A stretch of 64,000 nucleotides of DNA from Opitutia bacterium (GTDB lineage Bacteria; Verrucomicrobiota; Verrucomicrobiia; Opitutales; Opitutaceae), in NCBI GenBank assembly GCA_037446975.1, contig JBBIHQ010000002.1, positions 27,066 through 91,065 of the forward strand, written 5' to 3'. Position 1 is the stretch's first letter; each line of letters starts with the position of its first letter. Under the pieces are notes generated by a model that saw nothing but the letters and a program-made list of their open reading frames with translations, was not told where the DNA came from and made no database searches. The position numbers and the translations under genes were made by a program. This document shows, in pieces, positions 34,733 through 46,604 of this stretch.

Positions 34733-36595
34733 GTGACAACCGCGGTATTGTATGATGTGATTGTTTGTGGAGCGGGCCATGCGGGAGTTGAAGCGTGTCT
34801 TGCTGCGGCACGTATGGGGGCAACTACCCTGCTGCTTACAGGTAACATCGATACAATCGCCCAGATGAGCTGCAATCCTGCGATCGGTGGTTTGGCAAAG
34901 GGCCAAATGGTCCGCGAGATTGATGCCCTGGGCGGTGAAATGGCAATTAATGCCGACGTCACCGGAATTCAGTTTCGTCTGCTGAATGAATCCAAAGGCC
35001 CGGCCGTCCAGTCGCCGCGAGCCCAATGTGACAAGAAGGCTTATCAATTCCGTCTAAAACACACTCTTGAGCTGCAGCCAAATCTGCAGATTTTTCAAGC
35101 TGTTGTGACCGGCTTGATTTTTGAAGGTGCTAAGGTCGTGGGTTGCAGGACAAGCCTAGATATAGAATTCCGCGGCCGCACCGTGATCATAACCACGGGT
35201 ACATTTCTTCGCGGCCTAATGCATATTGGGGAGAACAAGAGCGAGGGCGGACGCTTGGGGGACTACAGCGCAAAGACGTTGTCTGGCAGCCTGGTCGAAG
35301 CAGGAATTGAATTACATCGGCTAAAGACCGGTACACCGCCCAGAATCCTTGGCCGGAGTATCAATTTTAGCGGACTGGAGGAGCAAAAGGGTGATCAGGA
35401 GCCGACTCTCTTTGCCTTCCATGATACCAGGGGGAAAGAAGACCTGTTCCACGTGGAACAAAGCGGCGAGCGACGCATCGGGTGGGCACCCGGGACCGAT
35501 CAGGTTTCATGCTGGATAACCTATACGAGTTCCGAGTCAGAAAGAATCGTCCGGGAAAATCTCCACAAATCTGCGATGTATTCCGGAGAGATAAAAGGGG
35601 TGGGGCCACGCTACTGTCCAAGTATTGAGGACAAATTCGTGCGCTTTGCCGACAAGCTGCGCCATATTCTTTTTCTCGAGCCCGAAGGGCGAAACACAGA
35701 TGAATATTATATCAATGGCCTTTCAACCAGCCTGCCTTTCGACGTTCAGCAGGATCTAGTACGCAGCATACCCGGTTTGCAGCAGGCTGTTATCTTGCGG
35801 CCAGCATACGCAGTCGAATACGACTTTGCACCGCCGACCCAGATGTACTCATCCCTTGAATCACGCAAGGTTGAGAACCTCTTCATGGCGGGTCAGATTA
35901 ACGGAACTTCAGGCTATGAAGAAGCGGCCGCGCAAGGACTGGTGGCCGGGATCAATGCCGTGTTAAAAGGTAGAGGGCAACCACCCATGATCATCCAACG
36001 ACATGAAGCGTATATTGGCGTCATGATTGATGACTTGGTTACAAAAGGAACCAATGAACCCTACAGAATGTTCACAAGTCGAGCCGAACATCGCTTGCTC
36101 TTCAATCATGGGAGTGCCGAACTAAGGCTCATTGACCACATTGCAAGACACAAGCTATTATCCATAAATCGTTTAGCAAATATAAATCAAAAAAACTCCC
36201 GGATTAATTACTGGGTTGGTCAGTTGGAAACAACCAAGACAACAGGAGGTACCTGGGCAGAGTTGATTAGGCGCGATAATCCGTCTTCTTTGCTTCCCCA
36301 AGCTTTCCTGGCTGAGCAAAAAGAAGTTCAAAACGAAGTACTATATCACGTGAAATACAGTGGCTATCTGGCCCGAGAGCGACGGCAGATCGAGAAACTC
36401 AAAGAAGTGGAACGGATACATATCCCCCCTTCGTTCGATTATCTGGGGACCCCGGGATTGCGCCGCGAAAGCGCCATCAAACTAAGCCAACTGCGACCCC
36501 AAAATCTAGGTCAAGCAAGCCGCATGAGCGGCGTAAACCCGACAGATATAAGTATTCTCATGGTTCGAATCGCCGCGCTCGCTCGGGCGGGTTAA
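34733..36595 (+). CDS. mnmG: tRNA uridine 5-carboxymethylaminomethyl modification enzyme MnmG (GidA)
   Basis: The FAD motif YDVIVCGAGHAGVEA, SCNPAIGG and GPRYCPSIEDK are present. The start codon is GTG. Confidence 0.95.
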   Translation: MTTAVLYDVIVCGAGHAGVEACLAAARMGATTLLLTGNIDTIAQMSCNPAIGGLAKGQMVREIDALGGEMAINADVTGIQFRLLNESKGPAVQSPRAQCDKKAYQFRLKHTLELQPNLQIFQAVVTGLIFEGAKVVGCRTSLDIEFRGRTVIITTGTFLRGLMHIGENKSEGGRLGDYSAKTLSGSLVEAGIELHRLKTGTPPRILGRSINFSGLEEQKGDQEPTLFAFHDTRGKEDLFHVEQSGERRIGWAPGTDQVSCWITYTSSESERIVRENLHKSAMYSGEIKGVGPRYCPSIEDKFVRFADKLRHILFLEPEGRNTDEYYINGLSTSLPFDVQQDLVRSIPGLQQAVILRPAYAVEYDFAPPTQMYSSLESRKVENLFMAGQINGTSGYEEAAAQGLVAGINAVLKGRGQPPMIIQRHEAYIGVMIDDLVTKGTNEPYRMFTSRAEHRLLFNHGSAELRLIDHIARHKLLSINRLANINQKNSRINYWVGQLETTKTTGGTWAELIRRDNPSSLLPQAFLAEQKEVQNEVLYHVKYSGYLARERRQIEKLKEVERIHIPPSFDYLGTPGLRRESAIKLSQLRPQNLGQASRMSGVNPTDISILMVRIAALARAG

Positions 36596-36650
36596 GCATA
36601 GCTGCAGCAGAAGCCAAAATTGGCGGCGAGCCCGTCAAAGTTATAAGGGT

Positions 36651-36667
36651 GTGACAATCCGGTGACA
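36651..36667. promoter_or_regulatory. Direct repeat GTGACA-N5-GTGACA (11-bp register) upstream of the OmpR-family regulator
   Basis: Read directly from the sequence, about 50 nt upstream of the ATG at 36718. The reverse complement TGTCAC-N5-TGTCAC resembles Pho-box half-sites. Confidence 0.3.
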
Positions 36668-36717
36668 GAGGTTTATTCACTGGAAAGTGCGCCCGACCGC
36701 ACAATATACCACTCCCC

Positions 36718-37419
36718 ATGGAGAAGAAAAAAATCCTAGTCGTAGACGACGAGCCAGACGTCACTGACTTGGTTGCCTATCATCTGAAAGTTAAAGGGTT
36801 CCACGTGGAGACCCTGAATGACGCGACGGCTAGTATCTCCAAAGCAAGAACCTTCCAGCCGAATTTGATAATATTAGACATAATGATGCCGCACTTGAGT
36901 GGCATCCAAATCTGCCGGATTCTTCGGGCTGATCCAAAACTCGCCAAGGTCCCGATCATATTCCTCACGGCCAAAGCCGAACCGCTTGACCGGATCGAAG
37001 GTTTGGAATCCGGAGCCGACGATTACCTGAGCAAGCCTTTTAGCCCGAAAGAACTCGTCCTCCGAGTTGAGTCCATCTTGCGCCGCATCTCGACGCCAAG
37101 GGAGCCTCCCGCCGCCAGACTCAATATCGGGGACATCTCGCTGGACAGCGAAACCCACTGTGTGACCGTCCACGGGGAACTGCTTGAGCTAACCGCCACG
37201 GAATTCAAACTCTTGCGGCTGCTGATGGAGCGGCAGGGGCGGGTTCAGACGCGCGAGCATCTCTTGATAAACGTGTGGAATTACTCGACTGAAATCGAGA
37301 CCCGCACGGTTGATACGCATGTCCGCCGCCTTCGCGAGAAACTGGGGAGCGAAGCGGGTTGGGTTGAAACTATCAGGGGCGTGGGTTATCGGATTGCGGA
37401 CAAGAAACTGCCCGCATGA
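36718..37419 (+). CDS. OmpR/PhoB-family response regulator
   Basis: The receiver region is ILVVDDEPDV...LIILDIMMP...FLTAK. The winged-helix region is LTATEFKLL...VDTHVRRLREKL...IRGVGY. Confidence 0.9.
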   Translation: MEKKKILVVDDEPDVTDLVAYHLKVKGFHVETLNDATASISKARTFQPNLIILDIMMPHLSGIQICRILRADPKLAKVPIIFLTAKAEPLDRIEGLESGADDYLSKPFSPKELVLRVESILRRISTPREPPAARLNIGDISLDSETHCVTVHGELLELTATEFKLLRLLMERQGRVQTREHLLINVWNYSTEIETRTVDTHVRRLREKLGSEAGWVETIRGVGYRIADKKLPA

Positions 37420-38687
37420 CTGCATTCGTCGCCGTTGCTTCATTCCTGACTCTGCTTTTCCTGTTCCGCGTCGTGTGGAAGCAGAACCGCGCGCTTGACG
37501 AATTGCGCGACGCCGTTCGCACGCGCCAGCCATTTCTGCAGCGGGACCACGTCGCCGACCACTTGCCAGCCTGGCGTGCGCTCACCGAATCTGTAAACCG
37601 CCTGATCACCGAAAATTCCGATTTGCGCCAGCAGCGAACCGACCAGCTAACCCAACTGGAGGCCACCCTGGGCAACCTCCGCGAGGCTGTACTCATCGTC
37701 GATGAATCCAACTATGTCCATCTCGCCAACCGGGCTCTAAGGGAGATTTTTCCCGCCGCCCGAAATTTGGTCAATCTGCGTCTGGAGCTTATCGTCCGCA
37801 GCACCGCCTTTCTTGAATACGTGAACTCCACCCGCGCCGGTCAGCCGCTGCCACGGCAGGAATTTGAAATCATCGACCTCCAGACCACCCATTGGATCGA
37901 GGTATCCGGCGCTCCCATCCCGTCTCCCGACGGCAAATCCCAATGGGCGCTTTTTGTCATCCATGACATGACCAATCAGCACAAACTGGAGCGGGTGCGC
38001 CGTGACTTCGTGGCCAACGCCTCCCACGAATTGCGTACTCCCCTGAGTATCATCAAGGGTTACATCGAAACCCTCGTGGACGGCCATCAGACGATGGCGC
38101 TCGAAGACCGCGACAAGTTCCTGAAGACAATTCAGCGGCACAGCGAACGGCTCAAAGCCATCATTGATGATCTGCTGGTGTTGTCCCGTTTGGAGTCCGC
38201 CACCCCCGGACTGAAATTTGCCGCGGTGGATTTGGCGCCGTTCCTGAATAATATAGCGGACGACTACCGGCGGCGACCCAACGCTGCCGATCACCGGATC
38301 GTGGTCCAGAACCCGGAGCAATTTGGCCAAATCGACGCGGATATGGAGAAACTCACTCAGGTTTTCAGTAACCTTCTCGACAACGCGCTAAAATATACAC
38401 CGAGGGGAACGCGCATCGAGCTTGGTTGCCGCGCGTCCGGCGAAAACGAAGTGGAAATATTTGTGGGGGACAACGGACCGGGAATTCCCGCCGGGGATTT
38501 GCCGCAAATCTTCGAACGCTTCTACCGGGTCGATAAGGGTCGCTCCCGGGAGACCGGCGGCACCGGACTCGGCCTGAGCATAGTCAAACATATCATTCAA
38601 CTGCACGGAGGTCGCATCTGGGCTGAAAGCGAGGAAGGGCGTGGGCTTTCCATCCACCTGCAACTGCCGCGCACGCAGAAGAACTGA
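37416..38687 (+). CDS. PhoR-like sensor histidine kinase
   Basis: The start overlaps the regulator stop in ATGA. The H-box FVANASHELRTPL, N-box LLDNALKYT, G1 DNGPGI and G2 GGTGLGLSI are present. Confidence 0.9.
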   Translation: MTAFVAVASFLTLLFLFRVVWKQNRALDELRDAVRTRQPFLQRDHVADHLPAWRALTESVNRLITENSDLRQQRTDQLTQLEATLGNLREAVLIVDESNYVHLANRALREIFPAARNLVNLRLELIVRSTAFLEYVNSTRAGQPLPRQEFEIIDLQTTHWIEVSGAPIPSPDGKSQWALFVIHDMTNQHKLERVRRDFVANASHELRTPLSIIKGYIETLVDGHQTMALEDRDKFLKTIQRHSERLKAIIDDLLVLSRLESATPGLKFAAVDLAPFLNNIADDYRRRPNAADHRIVVQNPEQFGQIDADMEKLTQVFSNLLDNALKYTPRGTRIELGCRASGENEVEIFVGDNGPGIPAGDLPQIFERFYRVDKGRSRETGGTGLGLSIVKHIIQLHGGRIWAESEEGRGLSIHLQLPRTQKN

Positions 38688-38732
38688 CGCTTCGGGATTG
38701 CACCGCACCGCCGGCTCGCGCCAATTGGGCAC

Positions 38733-39392
38733 GTGGGATGGAAACCGGAATTCGTTGAAATCATCGCCGGGAGGCGCGCCGCCTTGCGGGCCGAACTTGC
38801 CGTCATTTTGCCTCAACCCCGCCCGGTCGTCTTGGAGTTGGGTTGCGGTCACGGGCATTTCTTGGAACGGTATGCCCGGGAATTTCCTGGCCGCCTTTGC
38901 CTTGGCGTTGACCTGCGTGGCGACCGGATTGAACGCGCCCGCCGGAAAGCCCGCCGGGGCATGCTCGCCAACTGCCATTTCGTTCACGCCGAAGCCCGTG
39001 AATTACTGCACGCCTTGCCCGCAAAAGTAACCCTGGAGGAGATCTGGGTGCTGTTTCCGGACCCCTGGCCTAAAAAGCGCCATCACAAGAACCGTCTGCT
39101 GCAGCCGGAATTCTTCGAGGTGCTTGCCGGCCGGGCCGGGGAGGGGACCCGGCTATATTTTCGTACCGACTTCGAGGAATATTTCCTCGCGGTGGAGGCT
39201 TTTCTCCCGTCCCTGCCCACGTGGCAACCGGCGGCAACCCTCGAATGGCCGATGGAACATGAAACCGTCTTTCAGGCCCGGGCCGCCAGCTATCACTCGC
39301 TCGTTGCCGTCAGGACGTCACATCCAGCCAAATCAATAGAAACAATTGCGCCAGGGCTGCCACCCCCAACAAACCCCACGTCAACTGCATAA
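38733..39392 (+). CDS. trmB: tRNA (guanine46-N7)-methyltransferase
   Basis: LELGCGHGHFL and FPDPWPKKRHHKNRL are present. The start codon is GTG. Confidence 0.85.
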   Translation: MGWKPEFVEIIAGRRAALRAELAVILPQPRPVVLELGCGHGHFLERYAREFPGRLCLGVDLRGDRIERARRKARRGMLANCHFVHAEARELLHALPAKVTLEEIWVLFPDPWPKKRHHKNRLLQPEFFEVLAGRAGEGTRLYFRTDFEEYFLAVEAFLPSLPTWQPAATLEWPMEHETVFQARAASYHSLVAVRTSHPAKSIETIAPGLPPPTNPTSTA

Positions 39393-39477
39393 AAACGTTG
39401 TGGGCCAGTTTGCGCTCACCGTTTGGGCGGCGAGCCGGTTCGGTGTGGGCGAGCAAATCACTGGTTGCGTGGTCCAT
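39310..39477 (-). CDS. Candidate 55-aa tail-anchored membrane peptide (not in the ORF track)
   Basis: The ATG is preceded by GGGAGA with a 10-nt spacer. The product is MDHATSDLLAHTEPARRPNGERKLAHNVFMQLTWGLLGVAALAQLFLLIWLDVTS. It overlaps the trmB 3' end by 83 nt, and I recognise no family. Confidence 0.25.
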   Translation of the reverse strand: MDHATSDLLAHTEPARRPNGERKLAHNVFMQLTWGLLGVAALAQLFLLIWLDVTS

Positions 39478-39667
39478 AATTTACAAATCTCCCATTTCGC
39501 CGGGATCTGGCAAGCCTCGCCTGTCTTATTAGCGAACCCTGCCGAAATTCTAGCCGGCGCTAATTTCCCAAGACTTCCTGCTCTTTTTTGATTTAGAGGG
39601 TTGACGGATTGCAGAGCCGAAACCTACCTAAGTGGCTTTCCCCTGACGGAACTCCCGTCGGCTAAAC

Positions 39668-40564
39668 ATGCTGAACTTCAGGAAATTTCTGACCTCGGTC
39701 GCTGCCTTCTCGGCGACGACGCTTGCCTTTGCCTCAGAAGGGGAGGGGGTTGCACCAGCTGCCGAGCCGATATTTCATCTCGGGCCGATTCCGGTGACGA
39801 ACAGCATGGTGACAAGCTGGGTGGTAGCCGTGGCTTTGATCATCGCCGTACGTTTGGCGATAAGAAAGCCCAAGCTGCTTCCCTCGCGGAGTCAGGCCGT
39901 GGTCGAGACTCTTGTCGAAGGTCTTCGTGACCTCATGGCCCCGATTGTTGGCCACAAGGCCGCGAAGCCAACCTTTCCCCTGCTAATCGCCTTGTTCACC
40001 TTTATCCTCATTCAAAACTGGAGCGGCCTGATTCCGGGTGTTGGCACGATTTATATGCTCAGCAATGAGACCGGCCAGTGGATGGAAATGATCCGGCCGG
40101 GAAATGCGGACATGAATGGCACGCTCGCGCTGTCGATGGTTGCGATTACCGCATGGCTTTACTTTATCCTGCGCTATGCCGGTCCCAAAGCCGTGCTGTT
40201 CGATCTTTTCGGTAACAAGGCCGACAAACGCGATGTTCCCACCTTCATCTACTACCCGCTGTTCGTCGTCTTTTTAGCCGTCGGCTTTCTGGAGATTATT
40301 TCGATAATCTTCCGGCCTGTTTCGCTTTCGTTTCGTCTCTACGGCAATATCTTTGGCGGAGAAAACCTGATGCACGCGATGAGCGGCATCCAAAAATGGG
40401 GTCTGCCCATTCCGTTTTACTTCATGGAACTGCTTGTTGGCTTCGTCCAAGCCTTTGTCTTCACGATCCTGGTCAGCGTCTATATCGGCTTGATCTGCAA
40501 TCATGGGGATGACCACGACGAACACCATTCTCCGGCGGACAAGGGGACCGCCGGCGCCCATTGA
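39668..40564 (+). CDS. atpB: F0F1 ATP synthase subunit a
   Basis: The essential Arg lies in FRPVSLSFRLYGNIFGGE. The product is multi-TM, with a signal-like N-terminus and a His/Asp-rich C-terminal tail. Confidence 0.9.
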   Translation: MLNFRKFLTSVAAFSATTLAFASEGEGVAPAAEPIFHLGPIPVTNSMVTSWVVAVALIIAVRLAIRKPKLLPSRSQAVVETLVEGLRDLMAPIVGHKAAKPTFPLLIALFTFILIQNWSGLIPGVGTIYMLSNETGQWMEMIRPGNADMNGTLALSMVAITAWLYFILRYAGPKAVLFDLFGNKADKRDVPTFIYYPLFVVFLAVGFLEIISIIFRPVSLSFRLYGNIFGGENLMHAMSGIQKWGLPIPFYFMELLVGFVQAFVFTILVSVYIGLICNHGDDHDEHHSPADKGTAGAH

Positions 40565-40632
40565 TCCTTTTCCGTCGGGACCATGCGCAACGCGTGGACG
40601 ACGGCACTCCAACCAACAACCCACTAAATGAA

Positions 40633-40842
40633 ATGATCCTCCCTATCGCTGAAATCACAGGAAGCATCCAAGGCGGCCTCGGCTGTCTTGGCGCAGCCAT
40701 CGGTGTCGGCCTCGTCGGTTTCAAAGCCGCTGAAGCTGTCGGCCGCAACCCCGGAGCCTTCGGCAAAATTCTTGTCCAAGGCATCCTCGGAATGGCCTTT
40801 GCTGAGGCCATCGCGTTCTACGCGCTCTTCCTCGGGCATTAA
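40633..40842 (+). CDS. atpE: F0F1 ATP synthase subunit c
   Basis: The 69-aa hairpin contains GRNPGA as its loop and the carboxylate in MAFAEAIAFY. I chose the ATG at 40633 inside the longer ORF. Confidence 0.9.
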   Translation: MILPIAEITGSIQGGLGCLGAAIGVGLVGFKAAEAVGRNPGAFGKILVQGILGMAFAEAIAFYALFLGH

Positions 40843-40902
40843 TCTTCCCCTTCACCGTGCCTGCGCCAGTCGCCGGCACGGTCATTTTCACCGCTTACTG
40901 TC

Positions 40903-41502
40903 ATGTTCTCTCCTCTGTTAATGCTTGCCGAAGCCACGACGCAAGCGGCCGATGCCGCAGCCGCCAGTGGCACGACAAAGATTCTGAATGACCTTGGCAT
41001 TACCAAGATCCTGACTGACTTTGGCATCAGCTGGCCGTTCTTCCTCGCGCAGGTGCTGAATTTTTGCGTCGTCGCGCTCATTCTCTGGCGGTTCGCATTC
41101 AAGCCGATTCTCGCGACGCTCGACCTGCGCCAGCAGAAGATCGCAGACGGATTGAAATACGCGGCCGAGATGGAGGCAAAGCTGGCTGCCACCGCGCAGG
41201 AGAGCGCCCAACTCATCAAATCCGCCCAGCTCGAGGCCCAGAAGGTCGTCGATGAGGCCCGGAAGATGGCCAAGGATTTTGCCGACAAGCAGCAGGGCGA
41301 GGCCAACGCCCGGGCCGCCGACATCCTGGCCAAGGCCCAGCAGGCCATCGAGCTTGAGCATAAGAAGATGCTCAACGAAGCCCGCGGCGAAATCGCCCGC
41401 CTCGTCGTCAAGACCACCGAGCAGGTGCTTGCCAAGAAGCTCTCCGATGCCGATCGCGCCGTCTTCAATGACGCGGCGACCAAGGAATTGACCGTTCTCT
41501 GA
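40903..41502 (+). CDS. atpF: F0F1 ATP synthase subunit b
   Basis: A single TM helix WPFFLAQVLNFCVVALILW is followed by a long Ala/Lys/Glu-rich helix. Its position in the operon also supports the call. Confidence 0.85.
   Translation: MFSPLLMLAEATTQAADAAAASGTTKILNDLGITKILTDFGISWPFFLAQVLNFCVVALILWRFAFKPILATLDLRQQKIADGLKYAAEMEAKLAATAQESAQLIKSAQLEAQKVVDEARKMAKDFADKQQGEANARAADILAKAQQAIELEHKKMLNEARGEIARLVVKTTEQVLAKKLSDADRAVFNDAATKELTVL
40975..41028 (+). repeat. Imperfect 27-bp tandem duplication inside atpF
   Basis: acaaagattctgaatgaccttggcatt and accaagatcctgactgactttggcatc match at 22 of 27 positions. They encode TKILNDLGI and TKILTDFGI. Confidence 0.8.
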
Positions 41503-41524
41503 GCCGGCGCGTTCGCCTCACTCC

Positions 41525-41917
41525 ATGGCCGCCAACAAACAAACCAAGCTTCTCGCAAAACGACTCTTCAAGCTGAGTTTTGCCAACGGCCAGCTCTCGG
41601 CCGAGCAGGTCGCGGGTGTTCTTGGCTATATCGAGAAAACTGCGCCGCACCATCCTCTCGCCTTGCTTAAGCTTTACCACCGCGCTGTGGCGACCGAGTT
41701 CGCCAAGTCCCGCGCCATAGTCGAGCATGCCGGGCCCATCAACGAAACAGCCCTCAAATCAATCGAGGATGCGATGACCCGGCGATACCGGCGTCCGGTC
41801 ACGGCCAGCGCTCTGCCTAATCCTAAATTGCTCGCCGGCCTGCGCGTTCGGGTCGGCTCCGACCTTTACGAGTCCACCGTCGCCGGCCAGCTCACCACCC
41901 TTTCCTTCGCAGTCTAA
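41525..41917 (+). CDS. atpH: F0F1 ATP synthase subunit delta (short, 130 aa)
   Basis: The gene lies between atpF and atpA. The C-terminal LLAGLRVRVGSDLYESTVAGQL is typical of delta/OSCP. Confidence 0.75.
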   Translation: MAANKQTKLLAKRLFKLSFANGQLSAEQVAGVLGYIEKTAPHHPLALLKLYHRAVATEFAKSRAIVEHAGPINETALKSIEDAMTRRYRRPVTASALPNPKLLAGLRVRVGSDLYESTVAGQLTTLSFAV

Positions 41918-41941
41918 CCGCACCCTTTAATCCCCCTCCCG

Positions 41942-43471
<1,530 letters not shown>

Positions 43472-43509
43472 TCGTCGTCCTGCTCCTTTTCTCCCTGCTG
43501 TTCTAGCTC

Positions 43510-45841
<2,332 letters not shown>

Positions 45842-45846
45842 ATTCC

Positions 45847-46254
45847 ATGCCCCTCACGCTCGAAATTGTCACCCCTGAAGCCCGGGTTTATTCCGACACG
45901 GTCGACTCTGTCGTCATCCCGACGGTCGAGGGTGAAATCGGCGTCCTGCCGGGTCACATTCCGTTGCTTACCCAGGTTGCGGATGGCGAGCTTCGGGTGA
46001 CCAAGGGCGCAACGACCTTGTATCTGGTGATCGGTGGTGGGTTCGCCGAAATTGACGCCGATAAAGTTGCCGTGCTCGCCGAGCGCGCCATTTCCGAAGA
46101 CCAGATTGATGAGAAGGCGGTCGAGGAAGCCATGCGTCGAGCCGAACAAGCGATCAGAGACGCGAAAGACCTGGATCCAAATGAATTTGAGCACCTACAT
46201 AACATGGTGCGGTTTGCGGGAGTACAGCTTGATATCAAACGTCGGCGTCGGTAA
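45847..46254 (+). CDS. atpC: F0F1 ATP synthase subunit epsilon
   Basis: LEIVTPE...GEIGVLPGHIPLLT is present. It is the last gene of the operon. Confidence 0.9.
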   Translation: MPLTLEIVTPEARVYSDTVDSVVIPTVEGEIGVLPGHIPLLTQVADGELRVTKGATTLYLVIGGGFAEIDADKVAVLAERAISEDQIDEKAVEEAMRRAEQAIRDAKDLDPNEFEHLHNMVRFAGVQLDIKRRRR

Positions 46255-46302
46255 ATATTTTGATATCAGGCAGTTGCTATTGTTGTTTGACCCGCGGCAT
46301 TT

Positions 46303-46320
46303 TTCTGATTCTCTTCTGAT
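46303..46320. promoter_or_regulatory. Direct repeat TTCTGAT-N4-TTCTGAT immediately upstream of feoA
   Basis: Read directly from the sequence. It has an 11-bp register, ends 17 nt before the feoA ATG and sits in an AT-rich spacer. Confidence 0.25.
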
Positions 46321-46336
46321 ACTAAGTCTCAATTAC

Positions 46337-46591
46337 ATGCCTTTCTCACATCCCTCGATTTTTCCACTTTGCCAGCTCGGTGCGGGAGCCACTGGCCGCA
46401 TTTGCGAGATCAAAGGCGATGAAAACTTCTGCCAGCGTATCCGTGAGATGGGATTTAGTGAGGCCGGCCTCGTCAAGAAGGTCTCTGGCAATGCCACCAG
46501 TCTTTGCCAGGTCAAGGGCACTCGCATTGCTCTCAACCACGGTGCGGCGATGAATATCTTGGTCGAGTTAATCCCCACGGTTTCGCACTGA
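46337..46591 (+). CDS. feoA: FeoA-family protein
   Basis: The SH3-like region is LCQLGAGATGRICEIKGD...RIREMGFSEAGLV. I chose the ATG at 46337 because the longer ORF overlaps atpC. Confidence 0.8.
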   Translation: MPFSHPSIFPLCQLGAGATGRICEIKGDENFCQRIREMGFSEAGLVKKVSGNATSLCQVKGTRIALNHGAAMNILVELIPTVSH

Positions 46592-46604
46592 GTAGCCTTT
46601 CCCT

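Noticed and set aside
34688-34735. An AT-rich mnmE-mnmG spacer and mnmG...atp synteny reminiscent of the oriC neighbourhood in Proteobacteria, raising the question of a replication origin.
   Set aside because: Only 42 nt are noncoding, and I saw no cluster of DnaA boxes. There is a single near-consensus TTATCCATA inside mnmG at about 36157. No dnaA, dnaN or rsmG gene is nearby. The evidence is insufficient.
39601-39635. A possible sigma70-type promoter for the atp operon (TTGACG ... TACCTA).
   Set aside because: The -10 candidate matches the consensus at only 2 of 6 positions and the spacing is 18 nt. It is too weak to report as a feature.
46034-46336. An upstream extension of the feoA ORF, and the analogous long extensions of ORFs at 781, 4484, 12158, 13018, 40561, 50727 and 58743.
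   Set aside because: The extensions overlap neighbouring genes or encode atypical sequence. Internal starts give proteins that match family N-termini.
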